Origin: Girardia tigrina | Lineage: Eukaryota | DNA: 64,000 nt | Assembly: GCA_001938485.1 (NCBI GenBank) | Contig: MQRK01224546.1 | Coordinates: 1 to 64,000 of the forward strand | Direction of reading: 5' to 3' | Shown here: one piece after another, positions 25,701-38,820 of the stretch | Numbering within the stretch: position 1 is the stretch's first letter | Layout of the letters: each line of letters begins with the position of its first letter | Notes under the pieces: model-generated | Databases searched by the model: none | What the model was told of the DNA's origin: nothing | Seen by the model: the letters and a program-made list of their open reading frames with translations, nothing else | Translations under genes and position numbers: made by a program

Positions 25701-28700
25701 TCACTCCACTTCACGCGGACCACTAATTTGCTTCTACCATAGTAAATTTAAGGAAAACGCAAAAAGTTTCTGCACAGGCTGTCGATACTTCGACAATAAA
25801 AAATTTTATCCTTCGATATGCGTGTACCACTCGAAATTCAAAGAGCGTTCCCGCAGATGCATTCAACCATGCAAATGCGACCCCAATTCATCCACCGGCA
25901 ACTCTAAAACACATTTTAAATTACGTGCCCGGAGCGGTCTTCGGCAACCGAGGGTACAGGCTTAAACCCTTTCATCGATCTTGAGTCACCAAATATTTTT
26001 TTTCAAAGCCAAAACTCATCACTGTCCACACACATCAATAAACTTTCTTGTCGATTCAGGCTCCGCAGTGTCACTTTTGCTTCTGACGCATAAGTCCAAA
26101 CACCTCAACCATGATCTGACGACATTACGAGCAGCTAATGGCTCACCAATTCCAACTACTGGATCTTTCTACTATATTTCAATCTACCAGGATTCAATCA
26201 TTCCTTAACCTGGCCTTTCATAGTGGCCAAAGTGCAATTACCAATCCTGTGAGCTGATTTCTTTTCCCATTTTGGCATCATCATCGACTGCCAAAAGAAA
26301 GAACTCAAACCCCAACTGAAACAAAAATCTGAAACATTTGCTTGCGAGACAATTGCACCAATACAGAAAATACAACTCAAGCAAAACTCAAGAGCGACAC
26401 TAAATCAAAAGAAATGTATCTCGTTTATCAACGGAGAACCTAACATTCCACCGGTCACGCCAGGCTTACCACCAGATTGGTACCTATACGTCACAAATTC
26501 TTGCCCAAACACAATTAAGAAGTCAAAGTCAATCACTATAAAACCCACCACGTACCACACCATTATCACGAACTGCCATCCAATTAAAAAAAACTTCGAG
26601 AACTTCCACCCGAGATCCGCATGAGCGTAGAGCAAGAGTTTCTCACTCTCTCGACCTTCGTAGTTTTCTCGGAATGGTTAATTATTACTATCGGTATATA
26701 CCGAACTGTTCACACTTGATAGCTCCTTTCTCCGCAATTAGCTCAGGACCCAGGAAATCACTTATTCGATGGAACGACGAACTAATAAACACCTTAGAAA
26801 ATGTAAAAAAATGATGGCAAAAGTCCACACATTAAGTTATCCTGTAAAAATCGCTCCATTACAGCTACTGACCGATGCTTCCAATTTAGCAGCAGGAGCT
26901 GTTTTACAGTAAATAATCTAGGGCATACTACAACCAATCGAATTTTCCTCGCAAAAATTCAGCACCACAGAACAAAAATACTCCGTTTTCGATTGAGAAC
27001 TTCTGGCGATTTTCCTAACAGTGAAGCATTTCAAACAATTCCTACTTGGTAAACAGTTTGTGATCAAAACAGACCACAAGCCACCAATTAGGTTACTTTA
27101 CATGAAAAGACCTTCTCTACGACAACAACGAAAAATTTCATTTTTATCTGAATTTGACTTTTCAATCACACACATTTCAGGCCAAGATAACGTAGTAGCA
27201 GACTGTCTTTCCCGTTCTGTTTCTTCTATAGAATTCTAGACAATGTTCACCATATAAAACTTCCGAGCAAATAAACCCTCAGCAGCTGATCTTACGAAAT
27301 TTAATTATACACAAACCATAGATAACGTTATCTATGACACTAGTTTACCAGGCATATTACGTCCCATTCTCGCAGAATCACATCGTAAAAACGCTTTCAA
27401 TTATGTACATCAACTTCACCATCCAGGGAGTTCAAACACATATCAATTGTTACACACAAAAGTAATATGGCCATTAATGCACAACGACGTGAAAGAATGG
27501 AAGAAACAATGCATCCCCTGCCAAAAATATAAAACACACCGAAAGCTACGACCACATCTTCATCTTTTCCCGCTAACATCAAGATTCGAAACAGTCCACA
27601 TAGATATCGTAGTTCCACTACCACCCAACAGAGGTCACCGATACCTGCTAACCATGATAGATAGAGCAACCAGATGGCCCGAAGCAGTACCTCTTAAGGA
27701 CCTTGATTCCAACAGGATTATTCGAACCTTTCTGGCTACATGGGTATCACGCTTTGGCGTGATAACCAAACCAAACATCTGATTTCAGACCAAGGACGGC
27801 AGTTAGAGTCCAGTCATTTTCACGAATTAGTTACTAGGCTAGGCACAACACATGTACTTACTTCCGCATACCAATCTCAATCCAATGGTATGCTGGAAAG
27901 CTTTCACCGTACGCTAAAAACATCACTACGTATCCTAGCAGAACAAACTCCCAAATGGATAGATGTATTATCATTTGTGTTAAGGGGTTGGAGAAATACC
28001 ACTTCAACAAACAGTGACACATCACCAGTTCAATCACTCTTTGAAAAATCAATCTGTTTCCTTTCAGAGCTCAGGGAGATAAAAAACACAACACCATCGG
28101 ATAACGAAATTCAAACAGCCAGAAAACACTTCCAAAACATCAACAAAGACAATTGTAGAGTCTCAAAACCCTTTAAAGAGTATTTACCCAAATCACTTTA
28201 TGACACAAAATATCTATGGTTAAAAAAACCAAAATGCAACCGGTTTAGAACCCTCTTATTCAGGTGCGTACAAAATATTAACTCTTTTCTCCCCAAACGC
28301 TAAAATATTAAAGAACGGAGAAGAAACAATCATACACCTGACAAACGCAAAACCTGCATTCTTCATTGATGATGAAGAAAATTCAACAAGAGACAACAAC
28401 TCCAACTCAAACAACAGCCACTTCGATCTCCTGAATGATATATTGTCAATGTCGTTACCAAACCAAACCGAAATAACTTACACTGGCCAAACCTGCACAC
28501 AATCATTATCATAAAATAACATAGATAACCAAAATTATTTACAACAACATCAATACACAACACAACAAATGCAAGAAGCAGACAAACTTGCCCCACCTCT
28601 CCCGACTGCTCTTCAAACTAGAAAAATTCACAAACAACTCCGATTTAATAAATACAGTAAAGTACACTATTACAGCTGCACGAGTAGATTGAAAACAACA

Positions 28701-31700
28701 TAAATGAAGTCTTTTTTTAAAAAACGGGGGGCTGTGTTGTGTCAGTTCTAAAAAAATGTAAAAAAATATTTTTTTGCGTTAATTTTGGTATTGGATGTAT
28801 ATATGTTAATTTTTATATATTTTACGTTTGTTTAATTATAATAAAACAAACGAGATCCAAGGATATTAGAATTAATAATTGAATCAATAAAAAATATATA
28901 TTTCAAATTGTCTTATTATTATATATTACAATTAATTCGACATTTTGTAAAGTTGATTGTATCTGTTGGAATAGCCATCACGATGATATTATTCATCTAC
29001 AAAGAATTTTATAAGTCATTACTGATTTTGGCATGAATAATCAATCCCCCTATTCATCTTCTTGTCGACAGAAATCAACTGTATCCGATACTGAACAAAC
29101 ATTTGAAAACCGAGATACCACTATCAATGAGCCTTGTCATTCACCGATGGAGTTTCTAGTGGACGAATCGTTTGTTGATATCCGTCTTGAATCCACTTTT
29201 GACACAAAACATTTTTTTTACATTTTTTTATTTAGAACTGACACAACAATTATTATCACATAGTTTTTTTAAAGCTTTTTTATTTCTGTTTCAATTATTG
29301 GAGCACCACAGTGACATGAAATCCGGGCAAGTCTGTCGTCTATCAATCGCAATTGGGGAAATTCGTGTTGGAAAAGATCGGTATAATGCAATCCGTGAAT
29401 ATTTTTAAGGTTGCAATAACCTAAATATCATTCATGTTAGAAGGGTTTATTTATTGTTGATGGATATGTGGACAAACCTGAAGGACAAGTAACTAGAGAA
29501 ATAACTTGCCAAGAGCAAGGAGTACTGTAGTGTTCACTAAATCGCATCAACAGTAGCAACCAATTAAAAGTTTTTTAAGTGATATTTAATTTAATATTTT
29601 TGATTTTTAATTTTAAAAAAAACTTTCTTAATTGGTTGCTACTGTTGATGCGATTTAGTGAACACTACAAGTACCAAAAGAAATTCAATCGAAATGAAAT
29701 TCGATAAGATAACCGACAAAAAAAAGTGAAATACAAGCGAGAATTTCCTGGAAATTCTCGACTGGATTGACAATTGTTTCAGGAGAGTAGCACCCCCATG
29801 GGCCTGGACACTCTGAACCATACTTGTAGATCTCGAGTATAATAAAGATTAATTATGTTCTTGCATAAGTTAGAATAGAATGAATAATACTCATGGACAT
29901 ATAGTTTTTATATATCTCTGCACAATTTTATTCAGTTTTGAAAAAGTATGAATAGGAAATTACTTCTCTCAGTAATGATATCTAATGCGGATATAATTTC
30001 TGTTTTCTGTGCTTTAAAAATATCAGTATTTTCCTTCAGTATTAATCGGCAAGCATTATTAATTTTCTTTTCAATTGATCTTTTTTTCACTTCGTTCGCA
30101 TTGGTTTGATAACATTTATACTGTTAAAATATTAATTTTGGAGAAGTGAAAGAAACTTACCTTTCTATAAAGAAAAAAATATATAGCTTGATGGGTGGCT
30201 ACGTATTCCTTTCCGATGGGACTCTCAAGAAATCGTAAGTGACAATATTTTGAAATTGAACAGCTAAAAAAATAAAAGAGATATCAAATAATCTTCCATT
30301 TATGCTAACTTTTTTGTAACTATTTCTGCGAAACAAGAATCTCCAGCATCTTCATCGTAATTCACCTCATTGTTTGTAATGTTTGCTAAGATTAGATTGT
30401 CTTTCGTGTTAAGATATTTCCATTCTCTTGATAATAACATAAAAGAATTGAGAACAGGCTTTAATTTTTTATAATAAGATGGGTTTTTCCGGAACACAGA
30501 AACGTCTGCCAATTTATTTATTTTCGAACAAATATTGTGTATCTTTTCAATTTTCGCAGACAATCCGAACTTTTCCTCACTGCATTTTTCTCTCACAGAA
30601 TCAAGGAAAAGTTTCCCTAAATAATCTAAAAAGAAATAACTTTAATTTGATCAAAATGTTGTTTTCTTTCAATTAGACTCACTTGATTCAAAAAGTGAAC
30701 CACATTTTCCTAATTTTTATTTCTTTCCTCCTTTGCTTTTAATGCTATTCTAACAAAACTAAGTAAATTTGTACTTTTGCTAAACTAATTTGAGGTTAAT
30801 CATTAAATGATTTTAAGACATTTGGTTTTTGTTACGGTAGTCTCAAGGTTGCAATAGAGACTTAATGATGGTAGAAGAGTCATAGTGATGTTGGTCCGAT
30901 TTTTTGTATTTAAAATTCAGGAACTTTATTTGGTTCATATGAATAAATTTTTCACAAAAACAAAATGAATTTGTCAAAATTCAAAAAAAATATTTTATAA
31001 TCTAAGATCAATCGTCAATTTTTTTAAACATTTTCATCGACTGAAACACAATAGAGTCGAGATATTTAATTGAGTTATGAATCTTCGTCCACCACGATTT
31101 GTATCATTTCTCTCTGTCGCCTTGATTTAACCATTCTAGGCAGTGAATGTCCAGTCTCTATCTGTGTTGTTGCACTTATCTAGAGTTTTTTCTAAACTAA
31201 TTAGTATTAAGTCTTGAGATGTCGAGCTCAAGCAAGTGAGATTTCGAAATTCTTGCACTATCGATTGCATTGCATATTCGTCTCTTAATGACACAAGTCC
31301 AAGTCCTCCAAGATCCATATCAGCATACAAGTATTCATTGGAGGAGTTCTGGACTGTGCCACATATTTGTTTCAATAGTCGTTGGAGTTCGATATCCAGG
31401 CCGTTCCTAAAATACTGACTTTGTCTTTGCATGATGCCCGCAGTTTGTTAGTTTCTGAGGAGTAAAACATTTATTTTTATTAAAAAAATAGCAAATTAAT
31501 TATTGTTAAACGTCGACGCATCTACACTCACACCTGTAAACAATTTACAAAACTATGAAGATATCTTAATAAAAAATTAAATTAATATTCTTTGACAGTT
31601 TTATAAATAATTTGTAAATAGTTTGACGTGTTGGATGATCACAAATTCTAAAGAATAATTATGATCATTAAACAAATTAAGAAAAATGGCTATTTTAAAG

Positions 31701-33286
31701 AAATGCATAGATTTACCTTAAGGTAATATCTTATTTTTAATTATTTAACACAAATGTCAAACAACTGGTTAAGATAACAATTAGTATTCTCTTATCACAA
31801 TGTAATAACCGTACAATAAACTTTAAAAATTGAGTTAAGTCCTTTAGTAGGTACTTACCTCGCTTTTATTTTTAAGTTTTATAGTGAAATAATCTTTAAA
31901 AACTAAGACAGGAAAATAAAATAATTTCGATCTATCATTAACGTTCTTCACAGTGGCTAATTAAAATTCTAACCTAAATCCTAACTTAAAACGATACTTT
32001 TGGATTTTGTAGATCTCAAAATTTGAAATTTTGAAAATTGAGAAAGTTGAAAATTTTTCGAAAACAATATTTCCCCTTTACGAGGGAAGTACAAAACCAG
32101 CAAACTTTTTAGCGCGAATATATAACGAAAAATTTTGTGCATTATTCGTAAAAAGCGACATTCGAGTTGCATAAAAAAGGCCAACTCCTGACATAAGAGA
32201 AAGAGATAGTGCCATGGTAACTAGTAGGGATGTGATAATACTTTAATGTTGTTATCGAATGTGTATAAATCAGAAATAGCATAAAAATATTTACCATAAA
32301 ATTCATAGATTAACTTTAAATTTAAGTGAGACGTAGTAGCTCCCCAATATATATATAATCATAGAACAGTGTAGCGGAATTGTAAGCTTTTACTTAAGTA
32401 AGAGTAAACGTTTGGTATGAAATCTTGGTGTATTTTCTTATGATGTGCCTAAACAAATTAAATTTAATAGAATATGGCCTTAAAGCTCATTAGATTATTG
32501 AACTCTTGAAAAATTTATAATGAAAGAACGAAAAGTTGGGAACCAATAAAATTTGAGTTTTCTTTGCAAAAGCCATCAACCCAGTTACAATTTTCTATGT
32601 TTAAATTTGAGATTCCATGGAGGTAATTTTAAATTGAAAAAACGCTAATGCTAATTCAAAAAAAGACGTATTTGAATACAAAAAATCCGTGTACAAGATA
32701 AATGCACAAAAAATTGTTTATAAATTATCGACATCTCCGTCATAGAAAATATTAAAATTGGTTAGCAAGCTTGAGTCTCTTGTTTCATTACATGTTACTC
32801 AGGTAGGTTTAGAGGCAAGGGAGAACCATGGGGGTAATTACCCCCTTTACCTCCCCCTGGATCCGCGCTTGCATCTAGGTCAACAATGCTTTTGCCAAAT
32901 TATAACTATTTGAATTTGTTGTAATCACACCTGCAAATGTCATACTCGATAACCTAATAATATAGAACAATATTACTTCAAACATAAAACCATTAATTTC
33001 ATTAAAAATATTTTTCACAGAAATGAAAAATAAATTTCTAAAATAATTTCAAAATGAAATAAAATTATATAAATAAATAAAATATAACGAGAAATATTTT
33101 ACTTTCCATCAACTGAAATCCGAATAATCCATCGAGATCAATTTGATAATAATATTTTTGATAAAATTTCAGAGCTTTTCTTATTCCATCGACAATTTTC
33201 AGCGACAATTCGCAAACATCCTCCGTCAGTAAACAGCAATTTGAGAACGAGAATAGAATTAAAGTCAGTAAAATTGTTATTTGCAT
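19754..33286 (-). CDS. UPF0764 / C16orf89-like secreted protein (DUF4735), 7 exons, ~359 aa
   Basis: Exons 33286-33103, 30625-30310, 30263-30161, 30120-29964, 20188-20056, 20008-19950, 19881-19754, all GT-AG with consistent phases (exon 6 needs an AAG acceptor). Signal peptide MQITILLTLILFSFSNC; family motifs IDLDGLFG, DEDAGDSC, YVATHQAIYF, LDIITERIVICG, SQDPNTGCF, KRR..GECSSHTFGLGAAAYG. Confidence 0.85.
22081..22725 (+). repeat. 131-bp direct repeat (22081-22211 / 22595-22725) within an unidentified coding-like segment
   Basis: AAATGAGACTGATTCG...CCGCCGTTCCG twice, about 2 mismatches. Confidence 0.9.
23375..28930 (+). mobile_element. Ty3/Gypsy LTR retrotransposon (CsRN1-like gag), RT largely deleted
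   Basis: LTRs 23375-23557 and 28735-28930 (TG..CA), flanks ATTAT/ATTAA, PPT AAAAAACGGGGGG. Gag with two C-x-Y-H-S-K-F knuckles; protease FLVDSGS; RNase H TDASNLAAGAVL; integrase HQLHHPG..CIPCQK, VHIDIV, SDQGRQ, SNGMLE. Confidence 0.92.
23627..24448 (+). pseudogene. TM9SF1: Intronless TM9SF1 (EMP70/nonaspanin) retrocopy, 3'-truncated, inside the Gypsy 5' UTR
   Basis: KSLTLGEVLDGDRM..SLYRIRF, IEYLYYLEFVLD, LYTH..IEF.GNHII, EIHW..NFLVLVF, LRRDFVRYN, LKIVHNNVF match TM9SF1. In-frame stop at 23963-23965. Confidence 0.9.
29526..29669. mobile_element. 144-bp MITE-like inverted repeat
   Basis: 42-bp perfect arms 29526-29567 / 29628-29669 around an AT-rich spacer. Confidence 0.8.
31030..31440 (-). 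mobile_element. Fragment of a second RLE non-LTR element (RT thumb/linker)
   Basis: YLYADMDLGGLGLVSLRDEY...EWLNQGD...SWWTKIH, homologous to 14117-14640. Confidence 0.75.
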
Positions 33287-33838
33287 TTTACGAAAGCGTA
33301 TTGAGTGAGCACTGAGCACATTGAGAATGCAAATGAGCACATAGCACATTGAGAGTGCAAATGAGCACAATGTGAAACAACATTTGAGTGTGCTGTTATC
33401 ACTCTTGGACCAATTACTTCTTACCAATTTATTTTTATGCTCTTATCTCTCTACAGCCTACTTTGTTTATCGGTGTATATTTAACGTAATTATTTATATT
33501 TATTTAATTATGAGTTTCGAAATTTTCATCTTTAATATAATTTGTTTTTGTAAAATAAAACGATTTTAAAATATTATTTTTCTTTTGTAAAAAATATCAC
33601 TATTAAAACTTTGATGATTATCGAAAAATTACGTATTTTATAATGTTAATTGTTGCAATTTTATCAGTTTTATGTATTGTAACAGAATGAATTTTGTTAA
33701 GAATTTTACAATTATTTTCATTGAGTTTGTTAAATGTATATTTTAGAAACAATTTTTAATAATGAATAAATAATGTTTACAATTTCTAACTTGTTGAGAT
33801 TCACAGTTTTTCACATTTCTTTATACATTAATAATAAT

Positions 33839-34720
33839 TAGGGCGGGCAAAAGTCAATAAAGTCATAATAGTATCATGAGGTAGAAATAGTGAGAGAAGC
33901 CCAAAATCACTCATAAATTTATACAAGAATGTTAAAAAAAGTTAAAAAGTCAAAAAAATTATTAGTTCAAAAAATTTCAAAATAAGAAAAAAATTGTCAA
34001 AAATGTCAAAATATGTTAAAAAATCTAATTAAGTCAAAAATGTCAATTAAAAAAATAAAAAGTATTAAAAATTTAGAAAAACAATTTTTTTAAAAATTCA
34101 ATAAAATTTTTTAATTTTTTAATTATTTTAGTTTATTTTATTGTATTTCTTCTTTATTCATTCTCATTGTTCTGAAGACAATGTATCCGAAACTGTTTCA
34201 TGTAACCTATGTAGCTCATTTACTGCACAATTTTGCAATGAAAATGAAGACGAAATATGCAGTCGTAGATAACTTGATTGTCACTGTTAAAGCTCTCACA
34301 ATAAAGAACCATGAACGGTGAGACCTATTATGAATTATTGGACAACCAACTTAGCCGGTGGTCACGAGATGGACCACAATGTTGCATGCAGCTTTCTAAT
34401 ACGCGGAGCATTTTCCAGCAGTTCGAAAGGTTGTTAATTCTATTTAATGCAAAGGGCTCCTTATTGCTCACGCCAAAGAGGTTGTCGCAAGTTCTTCTCT
34501 TCCCAAAGACTTAATCATAATTTTACAATATAAATCGCTTGCACACTTTGTAGAACGTTGTGAGTCTCCAAAGTATCATACACGGCAGGCAGTTGAAGAC
34601 CTAAAAAATATTTTCTTTGGAGTGGATTCGTGTGTAATTAGAAAATACTTGGATAAACGTTTGGAGAGCAGTGATATTATGGACTTAATTGTTACGAGAA
34701 CAAATATATCAAAAATTATA
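33839..34720 (+). mobile_element. hAT transposon remnant
   Basis: TAGGGCGGGC terminus-like start; YPKLFHVTYVAHLLHN (CxAH motif), VDNLI..VK, PVVTRW, YAEHFPAVRKVV. Confidence 0.7.
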
Positions 34721-35199
34721 TTAATAACATATAGATTAAAAATATTTAAGTAGAGGAATTCAGTAGTGCAAATTGTCGAATATTTTCCACATATTTGCGA
34801 TTATCTCAACTAGTTATATGTACATCATTGTTTGGTTTATATGCACGGGTCCTCTGTATTCACACACACGTATTCACGAAAAAACAATAGAGCTTACGAC
34901 GGATCTCTAACAGCGTTATTATCTCCTCATTCTATGCCACCTAAAATTTGTTCTGCTAACTGTTCAATTTGTTGATCTAGACCGGATCTTTTTTCATAGT
35001 ATATCTGCAATACACTGTCGCAATACTCGTAACATCGAGTGCATCTCCACATACACACGTGTTGTTTCACAGCAGAAATGAGAGAGAAAATCTGCTGACG
35101 GAATTAGTTAGCAAAACGAATTTTATTTTTAGAAACCAGATTGAATCACCGCAGATTTTTTATTAAAAAGTCTTTGTTTATTCATTACTTTTTCTTATT

Positions 35200-37262
35200 C
35201 TTTAGTGGTCAATTTGGACGACAAAGGATACTCTCCTCACAATCAGATGTCTAGAATGGAACGAACTCGACAAGGGCAATTAGTGAAGGGTCAGTTGGTT
35301 AGTTTCAGACAAGGGGAAGCCCGGTAATTGATTTATGGTTTTTCGGATGGTGATTATGACATAATACTCAATTCAGTGGGAATGTGCTGGATCATCGACC
35401 GTAAGATTGCGAGAAATGTTGGTGGCGGTTCTCTACAAGACGTTTTCATGCTCTTGATCGATTTTTTTGAGATTGCTCGAATATATGCATTAAGTCAAAT
35501 TGAGCTTCTGTTTTTTTCCTTTTATTTGATTTTTGTTTAATGTGATATAAAAAACGATGTGAGTGAAGTAAGAACGCATTGGTGCGACGTTGAGGTATAA
35601 AAAAGGGAATCGTGAACTACGGACCGCAACAATCGCCACCAGCGAGAACCCATACAAATTTTGAAATATGCCCTTCTTAAGTTCACGGGTGATAAATCGT
35701 CACTCATCTGAATCTACCTCGTCAATTTATCACTCCATACATCCACTTTTGCAGTGCGACTCGATACGTGACGTTCAATTCTCGAAAATCTAGTTCAGGT
35801 TGAACTTAGTTTTTGGAATGTTGTACAACTGCAATAAGTGGAATAATTTATCTCTTAACGTTTTCCTTATCTGGAATCAGTTACACTTACTGAATCCATT
35901 CTTTCAATTCCTCATTGACTTCGTCTCGAAAACCATCACGAATATCATAATCCCATATCCTTTTGGCCACTGTAGACTCCACATCCTTTTATGCCGCGAA
36001 ACTGTCCAATGCTCTTTCGCAAACTCTGTAGGGAAATCAAAGTCGCTCACTTTAATATCTTTTTGTGCACCTAGACAAGCCCCATGTGAAAGAGCAAATA
36101 TTAGCTTTTTTTCATTGGCCCGAATCTGGACCGCATCACAGAAACCGATAATGTCCATACCGAACACCGCGTCAATACCTGGAAGCAAATCCGCAACCAA
36201 AAATTCCACTACCATTGTAGTCCGCTGTACATAAAATTCACCTTTCATGGCCAGCACACTAACCATTGTACTCTCCTTCAACATCTGTATCCTGTCGAAA
36301 ACTGCCCGACAGGCTTTCATATTCATTAGCTGTCGATATATCACCGATCTCAAACATCATGTATCAACCATGGCAAGCACTTTAAAACCATTAAAACGAA
36401 CCATCATCTTTGGAAAACGAACCTAAAAAAAGGGGAAGTCACTTTAGCAGAAAATACGATCTTTCCTTAAACCTTCTTTACATTCTGCTGGGAATCAAAA
36501 CTTTGTTTTTCAAAGGGTCATTATTTTACTACTTGTCCAATCCCACTACATTTGTAACAAGTTATATTTTAATGACCTTTACGAAAGCAATTCCTCGTAA
36601 AATGTCCTTCCATGCCACAAGAGAAACATATAAGCTTGTCAAACTACTTCTTCTGGTGCCTTGTTCATTGTCCCCAAATTATCAATTTTTTTGGTACCTC
36701 TCGCCAACGCTGTGGCTTTAACTACCACATCTTCCAATACCATCAGCTATAAAAATTTATCCATGTGTTCCACAGGCAGACTACACAAGAACGCATATTC
36801 AATCCAATCACTGCCGAGTTCGTTCGAAACGAGGTGACCAAGCCTTTTCAGATCCACCAAATACAGGCCAACGATCTTCCACGTCTGAATTTGGAGCTTT
36901 TGAAACTAGTCAAATATTTTGAATGGGCTGATTAGAAAATGCGTCCATTAGTGCTCGTTTCAGTTTCTTGTAATCATTCTTCGTTTCCTGACTCAGACCA
37001 TCATAAACAGTGAAATCACTACCACTAAGAAATGAAGATACAAATTCGTGTAAAGAACCCGAATCCAATCTTTGCAATTTCTCCACCATTTCCAACTTTG
37101 AAACCCATTCCGCGAAATCACTGTCGCTAAAAAATTGGTGATTAACACCTGCTAATCGAATAGGCGCAATACCTCACGATAGCTTGTTGCAAAGAATTGA
37201 GATTAACGAGAAAACAATGTTTTATTTTAACCGTGTGTGGTGCTCCGGTCAAGCAATCGACA
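35200..37262 (-). mobile_element. Degenerate Gypsy LTR retrotransposon (gag, protease, integrase remnants)
   Basis: Gag DFAEWVSKLEMV..FLSG..YKKLKRALMDAFS; protease VLAMVDT*C, DAVFGMD; putative 78-bp 5' LTR 37185-37262. Left boundary approximate. Confidence 0.7.
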
Positions 37263-37485
37263 AAAAAAACAATTAAAAAAACTGACATTTGTTTAATTAA
37301 ATTAAACAAATAATTTATGAATACAAATTTAAATTTTATAATTTTCGAATCAATAAATGTTTCAAATGAAATCGAATTTTTATTCTTTATTTCGTCGTTA
37401 GATCGATCCACAAAAGAAGCCGTTCGGTTCGGACTAACCTACGCCTCACTCGGATATCGGTAAACGGACGAAACACAAACAAATC

Positions 37486-37884
37486 GACTGAACGTGAGAA
37501 TTGGCAGATTTATATCTCTTTCTTGATTCGGTGGGTGGTGGTGCATGGCCGTTATTAGTTGGTGGAGCGATTTGTCTGGTTAATTCTGTTAATGAACAAG
37601 ACTCTCACCTGCTAAGTAGTACATTTGTGTTAAATCGCAAATGCTGACTTCATAGAGAAATAAATAGCGTTTAGCTAAATGAAATGGAGCAATAGCAGGT
37701 CTGCGATACCCTTAGATGTCCGGGGCTGCACGCACGCTACAATGACAGTACCAGCGAGTTTTATTCCTAGCTAGAAATGGCCGGGTAACCTGCTGAATCA
37801 CTATCGTGTCAGGAATAGTGGATTGAAATTATCCCACTTGAACGAGGAATTCCTTGGAAGTGCAAGTCACTAGCTTGCGCTGAT

Positions 37885-37919
<35 letters not shown>

Positions 37920-37930
37920 TCTACCGATTC
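37486..37930 (+). pseudogene. Dispersed 18S rRNA 3' fragment
   Basis: GGTGGTGCATGGCCG, TTGGTGGAGCGATTTGTCTGGTTAATT, GAACGAGGAATTCC, ACGTCCCTGCCCTTTGTACACACCGCCCGTCGCT. Truncated at both ends, with substitutions at conserved sites (GCAATAGCAGGTCTGCGATACCC). Confidence 0.93.
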
Positions 37931-37935
37931 CTTAG

Positions 37936-38262
37936 TCCCGGCATATTAAGGAGATACTGATTGCCACAACTCGATCCGGTGGCCAGTACATATCATGCTA
38001 CACAAATAATTCAAACAAGTGCATAAATAATCACCAAACGGAGAGCGACACACAACAAGGAACCGCCGCGAGCTGGAACCGATGACGTGGCGACCGGTGG
38101 TCATTGGACCCGATCGGTACACAGCTGCCGTTGAACCAACACTCTGATCGTTCCATGCACCGGATCCCGGCACATTAAGGAGATGCTGATCGCCACAGCT
38201 CGGTCCGGTGGCCAGCACCTACCATGCTACACAAATAATTCAAACAAGTGCATAAATAATCA
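37936..38262. repeat. ~98-bp direct repeat (37936-38033 / 38165-38262)
   Basis: TCCCGGCAyATTAAGGAGAT...GCATAAATAATCA twice. Confidence 0.9.
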
Positions 38263-38289
38263 TGCATTAAATACGGATAGATTCTCGTA

Positions 38290-38820
38290 AACCACACAAA
38301 ATTTATTGAGATCAATTTGACTTTCCGTACTGACCATCGTATTTATATCACAGCTTTTATCATAATTGCTTCCCCAATCCAAATTTAAGAAACTCTTTCT
38401 ATCTTGAACAATAGTACTACAACTTTATTTTCGGTTATGTTCCTGAACTCGTCTACATAGTTGACAAGAATTCTCTCCAATGTATGTGGTGGAGCACATT
38501 TTATATTTTTACATATAAACTAAATTTGAACGTAATTCAGATCGAATAATAGTTGTACTGCAAATCAGATTCACAATCTTAAATGATCTAGACACAATTT
38601 TTAAATTTTAATAATTTTTTCATCATGTTTTCATGGACCTTTGGATTTTCTCAATCCACCAACTTTATTTACTTTCTTAAACTCAATTCTTGAAAATAAT
38701 TTTATGATTTACGAATTACATCACAGTTACAAAAATATTACTTTCGTATACAAATGCAAATATATCATTGTTAGTTTTGTCTTACGCAATCTGTAAGTCA
38801 ACCGAAATTGATTCCAATGA
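38290..38820 (-). mobile_element. Penelope-like element remnant (GIY-YIG endonuclease)
   Basis: SNLVYM*KYKMCSTTYIGENSCQLCRRVQEH ... GEAIMIKA. Confidence 0.7.

Noticed and set aside
35140-35240. 3' LTR of the Gypsy at 35200-37262
   Set aside because: Similarity to the putative 5' LTR is too weak.
37486-37930. Functional rDNA locus
   Set aside because: Truncated, mutated at conserved positions, no ITS/5.8S/28S.
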